Below, one piece after another: positions 1 through 10,484 of a DNA stretch of 20,000 bases (its first letter is position 1; every line of letters starts with the position of its first letter). Both the position numbers and the translations under genes were made by a program. Below the pieces are notes generated by a model. It had not been told where the DNA came from. It saw only the letters and a program-made list of their open reading frames with translations, and ran no database searches. The stretch lies in contig MU058453.1 of assembly GCA_013265495.1 (NCBI GenBank), positions 119,612 to 139,611 of the forward strand. Direction: 5' to 3'. Source of the DNA: Vicugna vicugna. Lineage: Eukaryota.

Positions 1-112
1 GAGACTCTAGCCGCATTCAGATGGTTCTGGCCGTTCTAGAGTGTGAATCACCTACTGTGGCCACAAATGACTGTAAAAGAGACTTGGTTTTCAATAGTGC
101 TTTATTGCTCGG

Positions 113-202
113 TGTTTTCCAGAGTGCTCGATGATCCCGATCCGCGCCATCTCGTGTATCTTCACAGTGGTCTGTATCTACTCCGTGGCCCCAGGATATG
201 TG
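113..202 (+). pseudogene. ADCY1: ADCY1 exon 12-like (90 nt), acceptor mutated
   Basis: Reads CFPECSMIPIRAISCIFTVVCIYSVAPGYV, versus recalled ADCY1 CFPGCLTIQIRTVLCIFIVVLIYSVAQGCV. Donor gtgagc at 203. Acceptor position 111-112 is GG, not AG. Confidence 0.88.
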
Positions 203-687
203 GTGAGCGTGTCTGCAGGGGCTGGGCGTGGCAAGGGCCGTGAGGGACAGGGATGAGGGGCAGCCGCCGGGAGCCGCACTGGAGGGCCCGCCCCTAGGAT
301 GGGGAGGGAAACAAGGGGGGTCAGAAGTGGGCCTGGGGTGTCCCAGGAAGCCAGGGTGAGGGGGACATCGGCCAGTGGAGGAGGTGTGATCGGCCCTTTG
401 TGGCGTGCCAAGGACAGAAGCTGGGGCAGTGAAACAGGAAGGAGGGGGTGGGGGGGGAACAGGATGGAGCTGAGGGGTTTAGGAGGACGGTAGGGGTCTC
501 GTGTCCTCCAGCCCAGGTCCTGGGGCTCCGCTTCTGGTAGTGAGGAGCCTCGAAGGGCCAGGACTGGGCAGGAGTACCCAAGGCCTGGCCGGTGGCACTG
601 GGGGAGTGGGTGGGGCAGGGGGCCAGAGAATGCCGGGGAGGAGGGGGTGCTGTGTGCTCTGAGTGGGGCCCCTCCATCCCCCTCCAG

Positions 688-939
688 GTGGGCTGCCTGC
701 TCTGGGCCGGGAGCTCCAGCCCCAACGGGTCCCTGGTGGTCCTGTCGTCTGAGGGCCGGGCCCTAGTGCTGCCCGCCCTGCCCGCCCTGCCCTGCAAGCT
801 GTGCCCCATACCCTGCTCTGAGGCCTCATGGGCGCCCTCCTGCTGGCCATATCCCTGCGGGTCTCCTCTTTGCCCCAAATGATCCCCGCTTGTGGCGTCA
901 CCACGTCCTGGACCTCAGCGGGTACGCGAGGACCGTGGG
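688..939 (+). pseudogene. ADCY1: ADCY1 exon 13-like, frameshifted with in-frame stop
   Basis: Acceptor cctccag, then VGCLLWAGSSSPNGSLVVLSSEG...LPCK. After a 1-nt loss near 799 it reads VPHTLL*GLMGALLLAISLRVSSLPQMI, with TGA at 819-821. A ~13-nt deletion near 907 precedes LDLSGYARTVG. The expected donor reads gcaggt at 940. Confidence 0.88.
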
Positions 940-1225
940 GCAGGTACGCTGCTGCTGCCGGGCATCCCACGGGCAGGCGTCGCAGATACCCATCCGTGAT
1001 GCCCTGTGCTGTGGTCTGCTGACTAGAAGCTCGTTCGTGCCAGGGCTTCTCCCCTCGTCCACTTGGGTGCCAGTTCCAGCAGGTCCTTGGGTTTCTCGGT
1101 GAGATGTGGCTCTCAGCCCGGGTCAGTCCCAGGCGCCTCTGGGGGTGTCGCACCTGTGGGGCCCTCGGTGGATGGGTCTTGTGTTCTTGGCACTGAATGG
1201 GGTTCTCCTCCTTCTCTTCCCCAAG

Positions 1226-1333
1226 GGGCAGCTTGGAGCCGATCCTGGCCATCCTGCTGTTCTCACGTGCGCTGGCCCTGACGCCTGGCACGTGGACGTC
1301 AAGCTGCGGCCGGACTACGTCTGGGCTGCGCAG
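1226..1333 (+). pseudogene. ADCY1: ADCY1 exon 14-like, with deletion and frameshift
   Basis: A pyrimidine tract ending ccaag precedes SLEPILAILLFSRALAL. After a 1-nt loss at 1280/1281 it reads AWHVDVKLRPDYVWAAQ (recalled ADCY1: EPIVAILLFSCALALHARQVDIRLRLDYLWAAQ). About 18 nt are missing at the exon start. Donor reads gcaaga. Confidence 0.88.
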
Positions 1334-1930
1334 GCAAGAGGAGCCCCTCTGCTTCCACGGGGGTCGGCAAGGGAGTCCCTTGGGAAGGGTGTCACGTGGG
1401 GGCTTCCGGCTAGACGCCAGCAGCCAGCCGTGTGGGTGGTGTTAGGCATAGGGACCCCTGCGGGGGGGCCTCGCAGTGGGGGAGAGGGACGAGGCTGCAC
1501 CCCAAGTACAGCAAGGGCAGGTGGGCTTGTACAGCCGAGGGGCAGGGTGGGGGCAGTGGCTGTAAAGTGATGAAGAGTAGAGATCAGGGGGCAGGGGTTT
1601 CTGATTGAGCTGATGTAACAGGATTCATGCTGAGGACAGGCCTGGGTGATCGGACGTCACCTGGGGAGGGTGGGAGGTGAGGAACCCGATCAGATGTCCG
1701 GGGTGATCGGATGTCAGGGATGGGGTGTCTGGGTGAGCTGGCTCAGCGGGGTTCTTGCTAAAACTGGACAATGCGGAAATGAAGAGGGACGCCGCAAAGT
1801 CAGGGCCCAGTTGGGAAGACAGTTCAGAGTCTGGTCCAGGAGAGGATCTTGTCAGGTGGCGGGTTGTCGAGCGAGTGAAGGATGCTGGAAGGGTGGGCGA
1901 GTGACCAACGGAGCATCCTGTCATCCCCAG

Positions 1931-2047
1931 GCAGAGGAGGAGCGGGACGACACGGAGAGGGTGAAGCCGGACAACAGGAGGGTCCTCTTCAACCTCCTGC
2001 CGGCCCACGTCGCCCTGCACTGCCTCATGGCCAACCCCCGGAACGCG
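1931..2047 (+). pseudogene. ADCY1: ADCY1 exon 15-like (117 nt), frame and splice sites intact
   Basis: ccccag / AEEERDDTERVKPDNRRVLFNLLPAHVALHCLMANPRNA / gtgagt. The NLLPAHVA motif is characteristic of the start of the membrane adenylyl cyclase C2 region. Confidence 0.95.
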
Positions 2048-2879
2048 GTGAGTGTGCGGCCTGCGTGGCAGTGCTTCCCGGGCCCTGAGACCCAGCAGGG
2101 TGCTCCTCCAAGCCGAGCTGCTCTGGGAGGGGCTGCAGGGCTGCAGCTGGAGGTCCAGTCCAGAGGGACCCTCCCCTCTGCCTCATACCGCACGGGGTAG
2201 CCTTTTCCAAGCCCTCAGCTGCACCAAGGAGGGGAGGCCCCTCTGCCCACCCCCAGGCGCAGGGCAGAGGCCGGGCCATCAGAGGCTCCTGGGATGTGGG
2301 GTTGACAGGTGCCCAGAACCACCGTGTCCTCCCCTTTGATCCTGGAAGAGAGCATAACGTTCACCATCCCCACAAGGCGGGAGATGGGGCTTCAGGAAAC
2401 CACACTCAAGGGGGAAAGCGCTGTTTCAAGACCTTCACGGTCTGGGTGGTGTCCCGTCCTGGCTGAGTTTGTGTGGGCGGCCTGGCCTGGCCCTGCCCGC
2501 CTGGCCGCAGGGCTGGTGGTTCATCCTCTTCTCCATGTTCAGTGCAGTCTGGGGCCACGACCTAGAGGTGAAGCTCGAAAACCACCCCAGCAGCACAGCG
2601 CAGGGCTTGGAAAAGCCGTCTCAAAAATAAGAGAGTCTCAGGTTGGGTTTCTAGGTCCTAAAGGCACAAACACCAAGGCTCAGCTTGCCCAGCTGTGGCC
2701 TGAAGTAGCTTCCAGGCTCATCTTTCAACCTGCTGGGCCTGGGGGTGTCCAGAGAGGTTTGTCTTGCCAGAGCAGCATGTCCCTCCCTGGTGCCACCCCC
2801 CAACAGGGGGCTCTGCTCTCACCTGGGAGCTGAACGACCTCGCGTCGTCCTAGATGCTCCAGGCCCCCTCCTTGTGTGT

Positions 2880-3990
2880 CTATTGTTAAATAAATTGAAT
2901 CAATAATTAATAACCTTCCAAAACAGAAAGTGCTGGGTGTAGCTGGGTTCACGGGTGAATTCTGTCAGACGTTTCATAAAGAAGTCATACCAGTTCCCTG
3001 TAATCTCCTCCAGGATATAGAAGTAGAAGCAATGCTTCCCACCGCATTCTGTGAGTCCAGCATTACCACATTAGCGCATTGCCACAATAGCAAACCAGAT
3101 TAAGAAATTACAAGAAAGGAAAATTACGGGCCAGTATTCCTTTTGAATATAGATGCATAAATTCTCACCAAATATTAATTAGACAATTGAATTCAGCAAG
3201 GTATGAGAAGAACTAAGCGCCACAAATGAGTGTTGAATTTATTCCAGATACGCAAGGCTGGCTCAGCATTTCAAAATTAATTAATAAAACTCACCATATC
3301 AACAGGATAAAAAAAGAGAAATCACATGATCATATCAATTGATGCAAACCATTTATTTGACAGCATATAACACCCATTCCTGATTTAAAGAAAACTTCCT
3401 CAGCAAACTACGAATAGAAGGGAACTTCCTCAACTTGATAAAGAGTATCTACCAAATCCCCCTGTAGCGTGCCCGCAGACACGATGCGGAGGAACTGATG
3501 CCTTCCCCCGAGATAGGAGCGCGACAAGGAAGCCCCTCTCCTCTCACCGCTCCTGTTTGCCAGTCACACTGGAAGACCTGGCTAGAGCAGTGAGACAGGA
3601 AAAGGAAATAAAGGTGTATAGACAGAGAAGGATGAAATAAAACTGTCCTTGTCCTTAGGTAGTACGATTATTTATATAGAAAAAACGATTTTTTAAAATA
3701 CACCAGCAGTGAACAAGTGAAATCTGAAAATACAATACCCTTTGTGTTAGCACACACCCCCACACTTAAATACCGGGTACAGGTTTTCAAGATACAGGTA
3801 GTATCTCTATGAGGAAAGCGAGAAAGCTCTGATGAGAGAAGTCAAAGAAGGTCTAGCTAAGTGGAAATACAGTCCGCGTTTCTGCCTAGAAGGACATCAT
3901 CAAGACGTCAGTTATTCCCTGCTTGACCTGTAGATTGAACTCAAGCAGCCCGGCTGCTGCATTGTTGATGTGGAGATCAAATCGCGAGCT
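2880..3990 (+). mobile_element. Old, degraded LINE-1 ORF2 (reverse transcriptase region) fragment
   Basis: A-rich block with L1 ORF2 motifs (ggtgaattctgtcagacgttt, aaaattacgggccagtattcc, tagatgcataaattctc, caaggctggctcagcatt, catgatcatatcaattgatgca, gaaataaaactgtc). No intact ORF. Boundaries approximate. Confidence 0.88.
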
Positions 3991-4095
3991 CACCAGGGGT
4001 GCCGCTTGGCCCCCTGCAGGTCACTGGCTGAGCGTCCCTGCTGCCTCTGCCCTCGCGCCCCTCAACTGTAATAACCCGCGTGTGCTCACATCCAG

Positions 4096-4210
4096 GTCAG
4101 GCCGTGCGTCTCCTCCCGCCTCGGCGCGTTGGCAGCCTTCCCCGTGGAGGCGCTCGGCGTCCCGGACGAGATCGACTACCGGTCCTGCGACGACTTCGTG
4201 CTCCGTGCAG
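4096..4210 (+). pseudogene. ADCY1: ADCY1 exon 18-like (115 nt), open frame but highly diverged
   Basis: tccag / VRPCVSSRLGALAAFPVEALGVPDEIDYRSCDDFVLRA-G / gtacgt, versus recalled AKKSISSHLSTLADFAIEMFDVLDEINYQSYNDFVLRV-G. Confidence 0.9.
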
Positions 4211-4819
4211 GTACGTGGCCGCAGGCCGTCCCGTCACTCGGGCCAGCGCACCCTTCCCGCACCCGGCCCGGGAGCTGGTGGCCACGGCCCTCTGCCTAGG
4301 AGGCCGTTCCAGGCTCCCTTGTCTCAGGGAGGCGGGTGGAGCCACCCAGAGGAGTGCGTGGGACACAGGGACAGCCGGGTGAGCCTCAGAGCTGGGTATC
4401 GGTGACTTAGGACCGAAAGAGTGATTGTCCAGCTCACAAGGCACGTGAGAAATCTTGATTGTCTCAGAGGCTTTCACGTGCACCTCTGAGTCCACACGCG
4501 GCTGGAGGAGGGCGCCCCGTTTCCCTGCGCAGAGCCCGGCTGTGCAGACTCAAGCCGGGCCCTTGGTCCTCCTGGGGTCCCTTCCCCTCACCTGGGAGTG
4601 AGGTGGGGGACCATCGGGGGTCTAAGCTCCTTTCTAGCTTTTATAAAACTGTTAGATTATTTTTTAACTCTTAAATTCCGCCCCCTCCTTTTTTTTTGGC
4701 AAGAAGATAGTTTCCCACAAAAATTCTTACTAGTCAAGGATGTAGTTAAACTGGAGATTTATGATTTTTTAAAAACATTGTGTCTTAGCTGTTACAGGTG
4801 TTTCGATTTAATTTCGAGT

Positions 4820-4938
4820 GGGGGAGGTAATTAGGTTGATTTATTTACTTTTTTAATGGGAGCACTGAGGACCGAAGCCAGGGCCTCCTGCGTGCTAAGC
4901 ACGTGCTCTACCACTGAGCTATTATGTACCCTCCTCCC
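4820..4938 (-). mobile_element. tRNA-derived SINE resembling camelid Vic-1
   Basis: The reverse complement reads gggaggagggtac..atagctcagtggtagagcacgtgcttagcacgcaggaggccctggcttcggtcctcagtgctcccattaaaaaagtaaataaatcaacctaattacctccccc. This has an A box, a degenerate B box and an AT-rich tail ending cctaattacctcccc. Confidence 0.8.
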
Positions 4939-4970
4939 TGCAGATTTATGGTCTCTTTCTTGTTCTCCTT

Positions 4971-4986
4971 TCTCTCTCTCTCTCTC
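4971..4986. repeat. (TC)n microsatellite just beyond the SINE
   Basis: tctctctctctctctc run seen directly. Confidence 0.85.
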
Positions 4987-6222
4987 CTTTTCCTGCTAGT
5001 CCGTGATAGAGTTAGTTAAACTGGACATGTCTGGCCGTTTTGCAGTTGAAACGTCTAGTGGCCTTAAGAGCAGGAGCGAGAGCTGGGTTTGAGTGTGAGG
5101 GGGCAGCAGGTGTCCCTCCGAGTGGGCGGGGTTCTGACGCGCTTAAGCAGAAGCGCTGACTTAGAGCTGGTGCCTGGCCTGAGGGATGGGCTGGAGGTGG
5201 GGGCAGGCCGCCCTCTGTGCCTCACCCCCCCCCCAGTGGTCAGTTCTCCGGGGCTGCGGGCTCGGATTAACAGATGTACTGACGTGAGAGGGGACAGATC
5301 CAAGGGCCCGTCATGGAAATTCTATTTCTTACCCTGTTACTGAGAATCTGCTGGCTGATTGGCCCTCTCTGTGCCCGGACGGCTGGTCCCACGAGGCTGG
5401 ATCCTGGCTCCGACTCGTTCACGTGGGCTGACGCTTCCGGGGTGGTAGAGGGGGGCTCTCTGCGTCGCCCCAGCCGTCTGTGAAGTGGGCCCTTTGGGGA
5501 CTCTTCCCCGAGGTCCCACATCTGCCTGGCCCAAGGCCGAGCTCTCCCAACTCACCGTCCAGCTCTGCCCGCTTCCCCCACCTTCTCCCGCAGACGCCAG
5601 CACCCCCTGCCCAGGCTTCGGGGGATTGACCGGGCGAGTGTCTGAAATGTTATTAAGACACTTGGCTGAGCTCAGAAAAATTGACACGTGAGGACAGAAT
5701 CAGTAGATGCGACCTGGTGTCGGCGCAGACACAGCTGGGGCACCCGGGCCTGTGTCGCTCCCCAGGCCGCTAGGACCCCGAATCGCAGAAAGAGAAGGGG
5801 GGCTCCGCTCTCCTTCAGAGCATCTTGAAATACTTCATTCCGGGCCCCAGTCCCGAAGGAGCTGAGGGATCCCACCCAGGGAAGCAGTCAGGAGCTGCTG
5901 TCCTTTCTGGAAGGAGGAGCTGGGGTGGGGGTGGGGGGACACACACTGTGGCTCTACAGACCGAAAGGTCAGCCTTCTTAGCGGTGAGACTCGGTCTGAG
6001 GATGCTGTTCCAGGAAATGGGACTTTTTCTCGGGATCAGGACTGCTTCCTGGGGGTGTGGGGTGCAAGCAGGGGCTGGGAGCAGCCGCTCAGCCATGCTG
6101 TGGGGTCCCTGCTTCAGGGAGGGGGGTTGCACTTGGTGGCCCCAGGAATCCATGACCCCACAAGGGCCAGCTCCTCCCCTCCAGAGCCTCCCCACTAACA
6201 CCACACCGGGGCTGTTTTCCAG

Positions 6223-6347
6223 GCATCAACATGGGCCCCGCGGTGGCCGGAGTGACTGGGGCTTGCAGGCTGCAGTACGACATTCTGGGGAAACACAGTC
6301 AACGTGGCCAGTGGATGGACGGCAACGGGGTCCCGGGCAGGATCCAG
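6223..6347 (+). pseudogene. ADCY1: ADCY1 exon 19-like (125 nt) with compensating frameshifts
   Basis: ttttccag / (G)INMGPAVAGVTGACRLQYDI, then +1, WGNTVNVAS in the shifted frame, then -1, MDGNGVPGRIQ / gtcagt. This matches the class III cyclase signature region. Confidence 0.95.
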
Positions 6348-7368
6348 GTCAGTGCATTCAGAATCCCCAAGGTGCAGGTGCCCATCCTGCAGGCAGGAGA
6401 CGGAGGCAGGAGAGGCAAGGGTGAGGCAGGGGCCGGCCACCTAGCCCTGCAGCCTGCATCCTCCCTTCCTCGTCTGCCTCTTCTGGGTGGGGACGCGAAG
6501 CTGCAGGCAGGCACGCTGATGGGGGCTCGATGTGTCTGCGGCCTTGGGGGTTGGCCCCGACGTGGCCATGGGGAGAGTCGGGGTGATGAGTGACTGGGAT
6601 GTTTGGGGGCAGTGCGTGACGGCTCCTTAGAAGGGAAGGGGCTGCCTCGCCGTTCGAAGGGCAGAGTGCTGTGTGGCCACCTGACTTGGGAAGCTGCAGG
6701 TGACCCTGGGCGGGGAGCCATCTGAAGGTGTCGAGGACAGTGGCGCCTGCTCTTTACGGGTAGGAGGGAGTGTGGACCCACTCTCCTAATTTCCTTTAGA
6801 ACAAATGAGCAAGTGTGAGTCAGCTGAAGCTTGGACACTGCAGGCCTCTGGGAGCCTCAGAGGGAGGGAGCCTGTCCCCTGTGTGTGGCTGTGGCTGTCC
6901 TCTGGGGACCCCGGGGGGCAGGGCAGAGAGCGTGGCACTTGGCGAGCAGGGCTGCTGCCTTCCCGCTGCGGCCTGGCCTCAGGGCGGCGTCAGAGGACTG
7001 CGCCCAGTGGCTGTCACCAGTTAGCACTGGGCTTTTGCTGTATCAGAGTCACACTGGGTCCTCTGCAGGCCCTGTGAGATGTGCATTCATCCCAGGTTTT
7101 GACAAAGACACTGGGGTGCAGCCCCCTGCAGGATGTGGTTCCAACGAGAAGGTTGTAAGCCTGGGGCTCTCCCACCTCGTGCCTGTTCGGTTCCGGTGGC
7201 CCCAGCTGGCATTTTGGGGCACTAGCTGTCGGTCAGGTGCCTTGGTGGGTCCTTCGGATTCATCAGCTTAAAAGGCAAACGGGTCAAAATCCTCACGGCG
7301 CTCTCCTGCTCTCAGAACATAGGTGAGATCTCTGTACCTCTGCGTTCTTTTCCTTAAGCTTCTCTTAA

Positions 7369-7520
7369 GGTGGTGAAACACACATAATGTAAAATTGACC
7401 GTCTTAGCCATTTTTAAGTGCCCAGCTCAGTGGTGTCAAGAGCACGCACGTTGTCCTAATGCCGTCGATCCCAGGACACTGTGTTCCTTCCCTAACAGGA
7501 TCTTTCACCCCTGTTCCTCA
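7369..7520 (-). mobile_element. Ancient L1 (L1MA/L1MB-like) 3'-end fragment
   Basis: gtggtgaaacacacataatgtaaaattgaccgtcttagccatttttaagtgcccagctcagtgg resembles the antisense 3' terminus of old eutherian L1s. Boundaries approximate. Confidence 0.65.
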
Positions 7521-10484
7521 CAGCCTTCCCTAAGAGCTGGTCATGTCCCAGGGCAGACCTGGTGGGAAGCCCACCCACTCTCCAGCCTGGCCACGTCCAG
7601 AGCCGACATCACATGTCTAAGTGTCTGGAGTCAGGTGTGAGTCGGCCACTCCTCTGCTCAGAGCCGCCCCTGTTCCCTCAGCCTCCGGTGAGGGCCAGTT
7701 ACCGTGGTGTGGCCTCCCCAACAGCATCCAGCCTCCCTCAGCTGCTGCCTGGCGAAGTCCGTGTCTGGACTCCCACAGGGCAGCGCTGCGTCTTGGCTCC
7801 AAGGTCCCTCTGCGTGGACCTCCCGGGAGCACCAGCATCACGCAGGGTCTTTGCAGACCCGGCCCCGCGCCTTCCTCCATTTGGCTTGAGTGTCAGCACC
7901 CATGCACTTGGGACAGGGCAGGACAGGAGCGGGGCTCTGCTGACGTCTGTCAGCCTGGGTAAGACCAGCGGTCCCCACCCCCACCCCCACCCCCCGGCCC
8001 GGCCGCGTGACCGCCCTCTGCGCAGAAGGTGCTCCCAGCCCATCACGCTCCTCCTCCTGTTTGAAGGGAGAAGCACTTACGCTCCACTGCTGTGTGGTTC
8101 TTTAAGGGGTTCGTGGTCACAGTCTAGGAGAGATGCCCTTCCCTTTGCTGGCCCAAACTAAGCCTTTGGTTCTTCCCTGGAAGAAGTGAACAAAAGACTC
8201 AGATTTTAATGTTCAAGTTTTGTAAAGAGGTGTCTTTTTTCCTGAAAATACTGTCCAATTAGCTGTCGCCTGCCCACGGTCTCATTCTTCAGCCCTCCGG
8301 CGGGAGCCTTCTTTCTTCTGGGTCAAAAGTCCAAACAAGGACACCGCCCACTCCTGTCTGCCGTCCCAGGAGAGGCAGATGGGGGTTCTGTGCAGACTAC
8401 AGTCCCAGGGACATCTCGGGGGCCCCATTTTCCAAGGAGTAAGCCAGCCAAGGGAAGGTTGACCACGATGATGCCCAGATTCCACCTCGGCCATCCGCTT
8501 GGGGACCGAGCAGATGCTTCCCTGGACATGCCTCCAGGGGGCCCAGCACGTGTTCTCATGCAGCGTGAAGTCGACATGGCTGTGGGACGGGTCCTCCCCT
8601 GCCGGCCGGGCCTCACAGGGAACTCTGGGGAGAGTTCCAGCGCGACGCTGCTGAGACACAGGGAGCCTCATGCAGACGGCTAAGAATCGGACATTCTAGG
8701 GGATGCCCTCGTGGCCTCCTGGGGACCTCGTGTCTCTGAGCCCCTGACCTGGACACTCACCAGGACCCGCCCCGGTAACGTCACGCACAGCCCTGATTCT
8801 CAGCCTGGGACTTCCTGGCTGGCATCTCGAGGCTGAGGGGGACACAGGGGCGGCATGCAGCCCGAGCTCCCAGGCGGCCCGGGAGGACCCCCCGGCCCGT
8901 CCCCGCCTGCCGTCAAACCTCGGCTTTGCTGTGTGTGGTGGTGGGTCATCCTCACCTCCAGCATTTCCTTGCACAACGTTTTGGATGCTTTATTGCCGCT
9001 CGTTCTTCATAAAACAAGTGAAAACAGTGAGAGGAAAAGCTCAGGGTCAGGAGCAGACTCAGAGGTTTTGTCCGTGTGCATCCGGGGGCTCGAGCAGGGC
9101 GTCGGGGTGTCGGGAGCACAGGTCTCTTTGAACAGATGAGTTGTGGGTTCAGCTGTGAGAGGAAAGAGCAAAATGGAGCCTTTGATCACGATCCATTTTG
9201 CCACCTTGCGTCTTAGAGGCCACGTCTGAGTGGTGGCCTTGGTGACCTCGGTGTCTCCCCGGGTAAGCAGCCAGTCTCGGGCTCAGTTCCATGAAGGACT
9301 TTGGGGCACGCTCAGTGAGCCCTGCCGGGGAACTGAGTGAGGCCCTCACCCTTGTGTGGCTTTAGACCGGGGCCTTTGGCAGCTTTGGGGCCACCCAGCA
9401 GCCAGCACCCTGGGGAGTTTAAGCACTCTCCACTTTTTCTTGGCCATTTGATTCTTTGTGACTGTCGTAGCCACCATCAGGCTGACCGAGTTACTCTTGT
9501 TGTCAGTGGACAGCGTCCTTCTCGTTTACAAGGCGTTGGGGGGGGGGACCACCTGCCCAGCTCCCAAGGCCGAGAGATGGAGTCAGTCTGGCGAGGGTCC
9601 AGGCCCCAGGCATCCACCTACCCTTCTCCGTCCGGGTGGGTGGATGGCGGCATCCTGTTCCTCCCCAGGCGACTTCCTCCAGACCCCAGGCAGCCCCCAG
9701 CCCCTCCATGCCAGCACCAGCCCGCGCCTCACCAACGAGCAGCTGCAGAAACTGGCAGAGGTAGTTAATTAAGGGCAGTGACAGCGCCCTGGGCCTCCTT
9801 CTATCGGTCTGGCAGACACGCTTCCAGCCCTCCTGTCTACACTGGTTCAGCCAGCTTTGGTTCTCCCGAGGGGCCCCTTCCCAGCACATTTAGAGCCATC
9901 CGCAGATTTCACCATCCTGGGAGCTGGGCAGGTCCTGATAGTCCGTGGTTATGCTTCCTTTCTGAGCTTCCCTGGGTAGGTTTCCCGCGGGCCTCGGTTG
10001 CCTGCCTGCCTGCCTGCCTTCTTGTATTCGACAAGCACTCATGAATGCCAGGAGCCCTGGGGAGACGTGCTGAGACAGACCAGACCCCTCGTGTGGGGCG
10101 CTGACTGTCCAGAGAGGGATTAGACGGCGTGCGTGCCAGAAGCAGGCCGATGGTTAGTGAGTGCGAGGGCCGCGCGGGAAGAAGGCCAGGTTCCAGCCCA
10201 TCGGGCAGGGGAGAAGAACGGTCCTCTGCCCAGCTCTGCCAGGGACTGACACCCTGGGGACCTGAGACCCTGGGCCCTGGATGGGCCGAGTTGCTGTAAC
10301 TAAAGATCCCAGAGATGGGAGATGGCATGAGAGGGGGAGGGTGTGGGGGGTTTCAGAGCAGCACCCAGGGGAGGGGAGCGAGGTGGTCTCCTCCAGTGTA
10401 AGGCGAGGAGGACCCAAGGAATCGTGTCCTCTTCTGCTTAAATAACCTTGCTAGAAAGAGCTTTCTCCTATTTCATGTTGTTTT

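Noticed and set aside
479..1291. 270-aa minus-strand ORF and the many other 60-200 aa ORFs in the track
   Set aside because: These are Pro/Gly/Arg/Ala-rich shadow ORFs expected in GC-rich DNA, with no recognisable domains. This one is antisense to ADCY1 exons 13-14.
1644..1717. Repeated gatc(g/a)ga(c/t)gtc motif as a CRISPR-like or regulatory array
   Set aside because: There are only three short, degenerate, irregularly spaced copies in a eukaryotic intron; this is ordinary local duplication.
4860..4930. tRNA gene on the minus strand
   Set aside because: The tRNA-like head has a degenerate B box and is followed by the SINE AT-rich tail, so it is a SINE.
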